Origin: Bugula neritina
Lineage: Eukaryota > Animalia > Bryozoa
DNA length: 64,000 bases
Assembly: GCA_964035545.1 (NCBI GenBank)
Contig: OZ037767.1
Coordinates: forward strand, 16,213,292-16,277,291
Direction of reading: 5' to 3'
Positions 12,808-24,900 of this stretch are shown here, piece by piece. The notes under the pieces were generated by a model, which saw only the letters and a list, made by a program, of their open reading frames with translations, made no database searches and was not told where the DNA came from. Position 1 is the first letter of the stretch, and each line of letters begins with the position of its first letter. The position numbers and the translations under genes were made by a program.

Positions 12808-14475
12808 ACTTACCAGCTACAGTTTACTAATAATCAGCTCAGTGAGGTACTGAGAGATAAAATGGATATTTGTCATCAACATAATTATATTCATTACAAT
12901 TCAATACACACACTAATGATAGTGTCAGGTATATTATATTGTGTGTTTCATTTACACTGTAATTATACTTCTGTATATTATTCCATGTTCAACAGAACTT
13001 GCACTGCTTATATGCATTATTTTATGGTAATTGTCATGAATTGTAGTTATTTAAGATATTTGACTGTATAAAATATGTGTTGCTATTTTACTATCTAATA
13101 AAAGTTTATTTGTTAGTGAAAAGATATTTTGTTTTCATGCCTCATTAGCTTTAGTTCAAGTTGAGTTTGGTTACTAAAAAATAATCTTTACTGGAGCAGT
13201 AACTGTAAATGACTCCTCTGTGGGAAAATGCATTCACTGAATTGACAATCAGGTGCAAGTAACTCCAACATGACTGTAGGCAAGTTTTTCCAAACATATA
13301 TAAAATACATTTTATTGCTGTGTATACAACAGCATTGAGTAGCCAATCAAATTGTTTCTTGTTGTGCATTTAGGAATCTGATAAATAATAATATATAAGG
13401 CAATCAACTAGATATAAACACTGTTTTACTCTACACATGAGCTGTCTGTGATACAGTCGCTTTGTAAAATGTGTTTCATTTGATCAGTTTAGTTCAATTG
13501 GTTGCAATTTAATTATGATGTGTTGCCCTATTCACCTGGTAGAAATACCATGTGTACTGACAGAGGACAACTCCTAAGCATGTCTAAAGGCTTCCTTTTA
13601 GTAAACAAGATATCACAATGCTATCATCTGATTGGACAATTCTGTTCTCATGAAACTGCAATTAGTGCTCTTGTGTGAATTGAGACAAGTTGCCACGTTG
13701 GCTTTATAAAATGCAAATAGTGCAGGAAAAGCTGAATCTGCTGCATATTGAGAGAGCAAAAGTATAATACTGTAGTAGATTACATAACACTTTAATAACT
13801 GCTGTTTTTATTCATGTTAGCTGCTTCGAAATCAGCAGCTATTAGTCTGTATACATGACGCTGTCACATATTCTCATACTGCATATTATATTTATAAAGT
13901 AAATAATCTGCAACTAAAGTAGCATAAGCATGTTTACATAATATCAAATCATTTATTGCATATATTTTTCTTATATAGTGGGTTCACAAGTGTTGGGCTA
14001 TTATGTTAACAAAATTCAATTTATCTTTCTGTATTTTCATTTGTAAAATAATCATAATTATGATAGGTGTAAATGTGTAATAGATTAATTATATACATAT
14101 AAATTCTAAGTGTGCAAACTTTTCTAAACATCAAACTGCTAATTAGTTTTATGCTCTCAAGTTTTAAAATGTTTTTTGAGTTTGCAAGTTGTCTTAATTT
14201 GGTATTTTGACAGCCTAAGCTAAACTTTCTTGATTATTATTATTGTTATTATTATTCTCTCGTATACCAGACATGCTGAAGTAACTTGAATAGGTGTGCA
14301 TACAGATATCTTTTATTTTATCCAATAATAGATTGCAATCCTTATGTTGCCTACAGGTGCCTAACAGCAAAGTTGAATGAAAAGATGAGAGAGCTAAAAA
14401 TCTGATGGTGTAGTAGATTACATAACATTTTAATAACTGCTGCCTTCCTTTATAGTTACTCCAGCATATTTTAAC

Positions 14476-14630
<155 letters not shown>

Positions 14631-16198
14631 TATAAAGTACAATTGAAGTTTACAAAATATATACAATTTAAAACATTATATAGTTTTCTTGGATCAAGTT
14701 CAAACAATGTTGTGTTTGTTGACGTGATGTTAACAGAATTCAAATATCTATTGAAAATGGCTTCAACGTAGCATCATGCTTCTCTATTTTTATTTATGAA
14801 ATAGTAAATTAACTGTGTAATGGTGGAATCCCGTACAAAAGTTTAAAGTGTGCCTTTTTTCTAAAAGTTAAACTGCTAAGTTCTTATATGCTTTCAGGGT
14901 AAAAGAACTGTTTGCTAACTTTGCAAGTTCTTTTTGGTATTTTATTACCTGAGCTACTATAGTTTTTCTAAATATAAACTTGAAATTATAACAGTATGGT
15001 AACAGATCATAACATTTAATACAAAATTATGTTGATTAAAAATTGTTAAAACCATTTTTATATTTTGTTTGCTAAATAGATATAATTCTCAGACTCCGTC
15101 AGCAGTTGAAAAAATCTTTTGAGTATTTTGCCATCAGCCTTAAATAATAAAGGAGTAAACTTTTCAGCTAAACAAATTAGTTTAGTTAATCTTACAAGCC
15201 AAGAGATAAAAGGTTCAGCATTATGCTATATAGTATATACCATAATTTTTATGTAATAAGATCCACTTTCAAAGAACTGACACCAAGGGAAAAGCCATGT
15301 AATTACTGGTCAATCTGAGAGGATTAAAGATTGAGAAACTCAGAAAGCCAAGAATTAAAGCTTGTAATAAGGTAATAGCTAAAAACTAGAGATACAATGC
15401 TTACTAATATTAAGTAAAATAACCCCTATAACATAATTATTATATAATAAGAACTAATTTTATAAGACTCACTACTAAAGAAAAGCTGTATACTGACCAA
15501 TCAGAGAGGATTAAAATTGAAAATCTCAGAAAGTCAAGAATCAAAGTCTGCGATTATAAAGTTACATAACGTACTGGCACTAGCTGGTAATTACAGTCAG
15601 TTTTGGTAAGCGCTGTAAATTTGGGCTGAACCTATGGAATCTCTCCTGGCTATGAAATCCCTCCTGAGTTATTTTTACATACAACTTTAAATTATTCATT
15701 TAATTTTATAGTTGCCTTATTTTATTAGTGTGTATGGATAAATGATACTTTATTTAGTTTTATTATTTGAACTAATGAGTCTTTCATCCATCTTTTACCC
15801 GACAATTATTATGTATATTCACTTTTCTTATAATAAAGAGATTTTCATCGGAGTATTTTAAGACAGTTTATATAACATGAAATACATATCCAAGTTCATA
15901 TCTGTACTGACACTATCAAGAACAAGCATGAGAAATCTAAAGGTTTTACATAATATTTATTTACATAATGGGAAAAGAAGTTTACATTTCAGCGCATCTG
16001 ATTCAGTAACATCTCAAGTAGATATCAGTGTATTGACAGGCAAAGAAATCAAGTTGCTATTTTGACCACCAAACAAACCCCATACATAAGATAATGAGAC
16101 AACTCTCACATAGTGTCATATAATAGTATATGATATAAATAATAAGCAATGCAATAATTGAGAAGGTAAAACAATATTTACAACAAGGTACAGCCATT

Positions 16199-16887
16199 TA
16201 GACCATGTAAAACTCAGCCAATCAGCGAAGTGTACCAGGTCAATGTCTTACCATTGTAACTGATATAAAATTCTGCAAGTTCAATTGCAAAATGCATGCT
16301 TCTAAAAGCTAGTTGTGCAACTTTTTTTTATGCATTATTTAATTTCATATCTTAAATTGATGACTCTTGAAATGAATTTTTAAAATGTCTAAATTAAGTG
16401 TTTATAAATTGCAATTAAAAATTTCATGTCTAGAAAAATGACCTGGTACACTTTTGCAACTTAAGGCCAATTATTACATAACTGCCAGCTTAGTAGTTAT
16501 TTGTTGTTGCAGCTTGAATGGGTTATTGTTTAGCATTGGAAGCTTGCAATGCTAAACAATAACTCATTCAAGCTGCAACAACAAATAACTACTAAGCTGG
16601 CAGTTATGTAATAATTGGCCTTAAGTTGCAAAAGTGTACCAGGTCATTTTTCTAGACATGAAATTTTTAATTGCATTTTATAAACACTTAATTTAGACAT
16701 TTCAAAAATTCATTTCAAGAGTCATCAATTTAAGATATGAAATTAAATAATGCATGAAAAAAAAGTTGCACAACTAGCTTTTAGAAGCATGCATTTTGCA
16801 ATTGAACTTGCAGAATTTTATATCAGTTACAATGGTAAGACATTGACCTGGTACACTTCGCTGATTGGCTGAGTTTCACATGGTCTA
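16199..16887. mobile_element. Spacer-less palindromic (foldback) non-autonomous DNA transposon
   Basis: TAGACCATGT...ACATGGTCTA, arms ~344 bp and near-perfect, centre AAGCTT at 16540-16545. Absent from the paralogous site near 54200 (acagcaattggtagg). TT or ATT duplicated at the flanks. Confidence 0.85.
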
Positions 16888-17078
16888 TTGGTAGGGCGAA
16901 TTATAGATTGTGATATATTATAAAGTGTATTAGCTAAAGGCATTGATGTTAATAGATCATATTATAGATACGCTGCAATTTAATTTATTGGCTTTCTATC
17001 TTATTGATGGTTGAATGTTTCAGAAAATGTTATCTGCAGCAAATATGTTGTTGAAGAAAGAATATCTGCAGCAAAATC

Positions 17079-17885
17079 TTATTTCATGATGGAGTTTATT
17101 CGTTTATACTCCTTGTTATACTCTTTCACGTTAAACTCAGCCTCAAACTTTTCCCTCCATTCGCACACTGAAGGTATCCTGTCACATGACTCTATGTTTA
17201 GCAGCTCTGTAAACATCTCCGCCCATAATCTCGACTTGTATATTCTGGAGAGGAGAAAACTCCATATAATAATTACATTATTCTCACTACTCCATATAGT
17301 ATAACAGCAATGTGAATACATGTAATGCAGCTGTTGACAGAAAGTATCAATAAAGCTCCTCACCATCAAACTTATTATTACAACATAAACTGCTGGTAAG
17401 ACAATTCCTAATATTAGTGAGAAAACTTGTGCCAGCTACAAGCCTACCTGTGCAAATTGAACTTGGCTGGTTGCCAAAGCTGGCCGTTGTATGTGACAAG
17501 CATGTAGTTTTGGAAGAGTAGAGTGTACACTGTGCCCAGAATTCCAAACAGATCCGTCTGAAATATGCATGATACTGCTGGGAATACAGTGTCAGTAATA
17601 CAGTAATACTAGCTGAGTAATACAGTAATACAAGCTGAGTAATACAGTAATACTAGCTGAGTAATACAGTAATACTAACTGAGTAATACAGTAATACTAA
17701 CTGAGTAATACAGTAATACTAGCTGAGTAATACAGTAATACAAGCTGAGTAATACAGTAATTTTAACTGAGTAATACAGTAATATAACTAGCTGAGTAAT
17801 ACAGTAATACAAGCTGAGTAATACAGTAATACTAGCTGAATAATACAGTAATATTAGCTGAGTAATACGAGACAGTACCTGGTAA
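17079..17885 (-). pseudogene. BUB1: Orphan duplicate of the last two BUB1 coding exons
   Basis: Exons 17448-17557 and 17079-17244 match 54774-54883 and 54396-54561. Includes the 22-bp repeat intron and breaks ~6 nt into the next exon. Confidence 0.85.
17582..17870. repeat. 22-bp minisatellite (GAGTAATACAGTAATACTAGCT)
   Basis: Direct reading; paralog of the array at 54.9-55.2 kb. Confidence 0.9.
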
Positions 17886-20076
17886 ATCCAAACTAATAAA
17901 ACTATTTTATTTTCTCATAAACCAGGTGTGCTGAAATATAAATATATGACATGAATAGATGTGCATACAAATATATTTTATTTCATATAATAATATAGAT
18001 TGTAATCCTTATGTTGCCTACAAGTGCCAAACACAGAAAACTTGAGTGAAAATATAAAAAGAGCTAAATGCTGTAGTAGATTACATAACATTTGTATGAC
18101 TGCTGCTTTAACCATAGTTACTGTTTCAATTTTAGCAGCAGTTATAGTCTGTATACATATAGTGCTGTCAAATATTTTTGAACTGCTTTTATTATTTACG
18201 GAGTTGATGATTATATATAACTCATTCATTTTAGATTCAGATTTTTTAGTGGAGCAAATATATCTACTAGGTATGCAGTAAATTGTTTATAGGGATCAGT
18301 TTGACTGGCTGCAAAAAATTTCCTGTTGTTTTTTGCTTTAAAGAAACTTTTTAACCTCCATTCGTAGCAGGAGGGGTAGCAGCTAGGGTAGAGTAAATAT
18401 TAGACACATCGATGTAGAAGTAAACTTAGATTATAGAGTGTAGTGTGGATAAATAAGTGAACTACATAAAACGGAGGTTTTATAGTTATACATATATAGA
18501 AACATGTTTGCATAGTATAAAAAGTACATTGCATATTCTCGTGTGTCATGTTCAAGTGCTTTGCTATTATGTTAACAAAACTCAAACTCACCATTGCTTC
18601 ATTTTTTTATATTTAATTTTAAAATAGGGATAGTTTAAATGTGTAATATATTTAATTATATACAGCTAAGTTCAAAGTGTAAATCTTGTCTAAAAGTCAA
18701 ACTGCTGTTTTTTATATGCTTTTAAGGTAAAGACTGCCTGTTAAGTTTGCGAGTTACTTTTGGTATTTCAATACCTGAGCTACTATATATTTTCTCTATA
18801 TTTAAACTTAAAATTATAAAAATACAGAAAGAAGATATAGAAACAACATGTAACATTTAGTACTGAGTGATTTCAAGACAAATTCTTAAAAGCATGCATC
18901 ATTGTATTCTGTTTGCCTAAATAGTTATAATTCCTCGACTCCATCAGCAGTTTAAATAGTTGAAACAACATCTGTCACATGCACAGCCTACTTTCTTCCT
19001 GGGCAAAAGGTTTCTGTTATTGTGGCAGCAGCTTTTAATAATACAGTCTTTAATTTTTAAGCTAAACAAATTAGTTTAGTTACTCTTGCAAGCCAAGAGA
19101 TAAAAGGTTAAGCATTTATTATGTCCCATAATTATTATGTAACAAGATCTACTTTCAAAAGATTCACACCAAGAAATTAGCTGTAAAATTACTGATCAAT
19201 CTGTGAGGATTAAAATTTGAGAAACTCAGAAAGCCAAAAATCAAAAGCTGTAATTGTCAAGTTACATAATAGAGCAGGTGGCATTATTTGGTAGTTGCAG
19301 TCAATTTTTGAGCAATTATATACTGTGCGTGAGAACCAAACCCATGAATTCAGTCCAACTTATACTAGATTGAATCCCGTAAATTTGTTTTTAAAGTTTA
19401 GGTCGTCTTTATCACATTAAAAAAAAATACGCTAACCATTTTTAATTATAACAGATGAATTTATGCAATACTGTATTCTTTCAGCTACATTATTTCTAGC
19501 TTTTATTTGCCAAGTTGAATCTTTGAAAATATCATTGTAAAAGTTTTACACCTATTTTCAAACTTCCAAGTTTTATTTGAAAGAAAATATGGTTATAGAA
19601 TACTATTATTAAAAATATGTTACATGCCAAACAATATACATTATATAGTTGAGCTGCTCAAAGCATACATTAATTTAAAAAGCGGTTTGTTTTCTATAAT
19701 AATATACCATAATAATACATAAAGCGAAAAAGAAAAAGACTTAACATATATATAGATACACATTAACAGACAGAGTCATAATAACAGCATGCCACATACA
19801 ATTGGCCAGCTATAGAGAAGGAATACTGGCTAGTTGTAGTATTGGACAAGAGGTGGAGCTGTCGAGCTGTCAAGCATTTGCATGATAGTCTCGGGTCCCG
19901 GGTCTCGGGTTCTATCATATTTTAATCATCTTGTTGTGTGTAAATTGTAGTTTCACGGTGTAAATGGTGTGAACAGTGTGAATAAAATTAACTATCTACA
20001 CTAAAACATACACCCGTATGGAACTTTCATATCAACCTAGGAGGGCAGTTACAACTATTCAATGCTAGGTTTAAAT

Positions 20077-20718
20077 CACCAGCTTTCCATGGATCGATCT
20101 GAGAAATGTGCTCAGATCGATCGTTTTTTTTCGTGCCAATGTCAGATCGATCTCTCAGAGTTGCCTCCTCTTAAGTTAAGGGTACTTTGATAGTATAATT
20201 TGTTTGCCTATTTGAGTGATTAAAGCTACTTACTATTGTTGAAAACAAGATTGTTGTGATCTAAAATTTATTCCCAGGTATAAACTATACGCAGCAAAGG
20301 TTTTAGTGTAAAGCAATTTGGCCAATTTAAATCGATTAATTTTAATTTCTTAGCTTGACAGCTTATATAAAATTGATAGCTGTTTTGCAGATTATTAATA
20401 AACTTACAGGACTGTTAGGCTTAAAATTGCACAGCAAACGGCTAATGAAACTAAGTTTTAATATTCTTTAAAATTTAATTTAAATGCTACCATATTTGTT
20501 ACCTTCTACTGCATATAATCGAGCTTTACTAACCATTGTACTAAAAGTCAAAGTTTTGGCATCTGAAAAGGTGGCTATCATAATTATTTAATACTTTGCT
20601 TAGTAATTATCAATAAGTTATCGTTTTTATTAGCAGACAACATTGTAGCAACCAGTCTTTTTCTACTTCTCAGATAGAGCTGGCGTCTTTCCATGGATCG
20701 ACCCATGGAAAGCTGGTG
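20077..20718. mobile_element. 642-bp MITE with CAC termini and 3-bp TSD
   Basis: TIR CACCAGCTTTCCATGG(A/G)TCGA at both ends, AAT duplicated at 20074-20076 and 20719-20721. Superfamily (CMC-like?) uncertain. Confidence 0.85.
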
Positions 20719-21672
20719 AATGACAGAAATGAAATATTCCTGAGTGCACATTTAATCAAAAAGAGTGTCAATAATAGTTACTGCATGTAGACTTTGCTCC
20801 TGGTAAGTTGATTAGAATAATTTACATTACCGTTCTTTTTACTTAAGTGATGGAAAATTTTTATCTAGAGAGCAACCCTGATTGAAAACTGAATTTATCT
20901 AAAGTTTGTTACTTCAAGTACTATACAAATATTATTAGTAGGTTGGCATTTCTTATCTTACCTTATGTGTGTTTAATATAAATATAAAACTTGAGATAAA
21001 CATTCTCATGTGATATAATGTAGTCTGGAGTTATATCACATGACTGGACTATTTCTTCTAGAGTTAGGGTGGGTTACCTGACAGCCCACACATATATAAC
21101 CTACACTATAACACATGATGTAGGAACACTGGCACAGCTGAGGCTAGGCTGACTAATAATTATACTAAGTATGTTTTGTGTATAGAAAGAGAATACTGGC
21201 TACAAAATATGGAGTAATTTTATTCACTGATAGACTAACTGTTTGATATTACATAATAAGAAAGAGAATTATAGATGAAATAGAAAATATTCTTTAAACA
21301 GTATTATGTTTATTAAAATTAAATGGAAGTGTTTACATTTTATTCCATATAATAAAACAGGAGTATTGCCATTCTGCAAACATTGCTTTGTGAATTATTC
21401 AGTTGTAAATCTACAGGTATTAGAACTAAACGGTTTAGAATTGATAAATTTAAGAAAGGGCAAGAAATACCTGAAGAAACAATTCCTCTATAATACTAAT
21501 GAGTGTTACATAACTGGGAGATAGGGATACTAGAGTCTGCAATTGATTTACTACTAGAATTAAGTGGAAAGAATGATATGTAAATAAGGCTCAATATTTT
21601 ATTATATATATTCATACAGCAACTGCCATTGTAGTTCCCTAAACCAAACATGACTGGTTACTGTATATCATG

Positions 21673-21774
21673 TGACTCAGCAGATACCCGCCCATTCTGC
21701 TGTAACATTATAACATAATTATGCACAGTCATTCGTTCGTTGACTGAAAAGGGCTACACACTGATAACTCGCAG
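21673..21774 (+). promoter_or_regulatory. Putative promoter and non-coding first exon unique to TRIM copy 2
   Basis: AP-1 site TGACTCA 21673-21679, GC box CCCGCCC 21687-21693, TATA-like TTATAA ~21708, donor-like CAG|gttggt at 21774/5, acceptor tttctttag at 21930. Confidence 0.35.
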
Positions 21775-21955
21775 GTTGGTATATCATTTATACACAAGTT
21801 TGGTTTATCAATAGTTGGCAATCAGTTTGCAAGCTATAAAATATTTTAAATTATTAAAACGTTGCTTGACATAAGATTGCTTATAATAGTGATTACATAA
21901 TAATTCCAATATCAACAACTGTTTCTTTAGAGCTTTTGCAAACCATATAATCATA

Positions 21956-24900
21956 ATGGCTGGGAATGAGTCAAGAACCGTGAAAAAAAGATTAAACAAC
22001 TCGTATCGCTGTGGGTACTGCTCGCAGTACTTCAACAAACTTGAAGACCCCAGAACTCTGCCCTGTCTGCATGTGTACTGCATGAGATGTTTGAAGACTG
22101 ACATCGGTGGTAGGAAGGATCATATCAGATGTGCTTATTGTAGGTGGGTTACAGTAAATAACACAATATATCATGTCATAGGCTTGCATATGATTTTCTC
22201 ATTATCATCTAGGAGTTGTCTGATCTATTTCTATGAAAAGCTAACAATACTGTATATTCTATGTGAACTCTGGTTACTAACTTGTGGATAAGGATAGTAT
22301 TTTAACTAATTATTTAAATTCAATTTAAATGCTCCCACTTTTTGTACCTTCTATAACCCTCTATAATTTTATATAATTGAGTTTTGTTAATCATTGTACT
22401 TGAAGTTAAAGTTTTGGCATCTAAAAGGGTGGCTATCATAATTATTGAGTACTTTGCTTAGTAATTACCAATAAGTCATCACTTTTATTAGCAGACAACA
22501 TTTTACCTATGCAGTATTTTTCTACTTCTCAGATTGATCTGGCATCTTTTCATGAATCGATCGATCTGAGACGGTGATTGTGTAATAGCCTGTGGTCTAT
22601 ATATATGAATGTGTGTTGATGAGTGATGAGTATCTATTTGAGTATTTGTCAAGGACATAGCTGTGTGTGTGGATGGAGTATTTCATTACTTGAGACATCA
22701 TATTATATTAGACTTCCTGTATACTAAACAGAGATAACACACTGAATAATATATTGTAGGAAAGATCACTATGACATAACAGACCCCACTGCTCTACCTG
22801 TCGCAAAGCATGGAGACCCGCTGGAATATAAATCTCCACCCAAACCTGCACCCATGCCTTGCGATGTGTGTAAAGATGGAACAGAAGCTGCCACGTTCTG
22901 TGTCGACAGTCAAAAGAGGTTGTGTCAGCAGCATCAAGAAGTGAGTCTTTCTTATATCATTTCTCAAGATTGGTTACTAAACTAGTTCTGGTTTGTGTGT
23001 AGAATATTATTGAAAAGAAATGTTGAGTCTGTGTGACTTTTTATACTAAACACACAGTTTCACAGTGCAGTGAGTCAACTATGACAGACGTGTTGGTGAA
23101 AATACAACTAGCTAAACTGTTGACCTTTATTATACAGACTCACAGAGAGCTGATGGGAGATAGACATCAGTTTATTGACATTGAGGTCTACAGAGCTTCT
23201 CCCCAAAGATATACTATAACCGAATGTGAACATCATAAACAGGAACAGCTGACAGAAGTGTGTTCCAAGTGTCACCAGATATTCTGTACGAGATGTGATA
23301 TGAGGACTGGCTGTAAGGATAAGACAGGTATTTACTTGCTGTTTCTATTTTTGTAGAAAGAAACTGGGAAATATTACACGAACCTGTTATTGATTATTTT
23401 ATCATTAGAATAATTTATGTAACAGCAAAAGAAGATGTAGGTTTTTCAGATTGAGTTGATATGAATATTGAAACTAGATCTTGTGAAAGAAATTGAAAAA
23501 GACTTGCTAACGGCTGGAGGTATTTTTCAGCATTAAGGTTTGTGTGAGACAGAAGTGGATAGTGCAGCAGTTTATATTTTCACTGTTATGTTGAATATTC
23601 AGTATATTTCATCCTTCAAGTGTCTGTTTCCTTGATAAGATGGTATAGACATAACTTTAACTCACCGGTGTCCCACCTTTTTCAAACCAATCCGCTTTTT
23701 TATAAGTGTTTTCTATGAAGTTTCCCCCTTTTAAGAAACACTATTTTATATTTATAAAAAAAATCTGGGACAGGTTCTTTTCCCTAATAATTCTTTGAGT
23801 GTAAGAAAAGTCACTTAGTTTTTGACATGGAACAGTGTCTGCAACAACTTCAGTTATTAGCTTTGAAAGCATTGATGCTGCTATTAAAAGCTGTGAGTTG
23901 ATGATTATATTATATAACTCATTTATTTTAGATTCAGATGTTTTAGTGGAGCAAATATATCTACTAGGTATGCAGTAAATTGTTTATAGGGATCAGTTTG
24001 ACCGGCTGCAAAAAATTTCCTGTTGTTTTTTGCTTTAAAGAAACTTTTTAACCTGAATATTAGACACATGGATGTAGAAGTAAACTTAGATTATAGAGTG
24101 TAGTGTGGATAAATTAGTGAACTACATAAAACGGAGGTTTTATAGTTATACATATACATGTAACTTAGAATACAAGGGAAGCGCTTAGAGAGCTGAAAAA
24201 AACTGTGTGAGTTTTTTAAAAATCAAAACCCCTTTTAAGCCCAAATTCTACACAAGGAGGAGCTCCCCTGAGGTTGGAGCTACTGCTTTAAATTTTTTAA
24301 CTACATTATTCCAAGTGCAGTGAATAATGAGCTAACCATGTGACATCTTTCTAGAATGTCCCTTTGTGTAAATTAGTGCTAGAGAAAGGTCACCTATGAT
24401 CAACTCAGATAGCAATACTTGAGACAGAGTATAACTGTTTAGTAATTACATAGTATGTGTATAGTGATACATCATCTACCTGTAGTCGCAGATAGTAGGT
24501 GTACAATATCATATCTAAAAGTATATTACTTTTATTAATAGTGTGATTTTATTTATACAGAAGAGACAGTAGCATTCCATGACTTGGCATCTTTGAGTGA
24601 TTTGTCTTGTGAGTTACGAGAAAGTCTGACTGGTGGAATAGAGACTCTGTCTGAGAAAGTTGCAGAGTTGAATGACATCTCAAAGGATGCCTGGAAAGAA
24701 CTGAGTAAAATAGAAGATGAAGTGCAGAAGATGGTTGCCAGAGTAAACGCTGTAGCTGATGCTCAGGTATGCTGACATGGTGATGTCATCTAATGTATTT
24801 CTGTTTGTCTGAAATTAGGTTTTGCATTTGGTCTTTCAGTTGTAATCAGAAATGAATTTCATTTGTCATTAAAATTAACTGGCCATTAAAGCATTATCAT

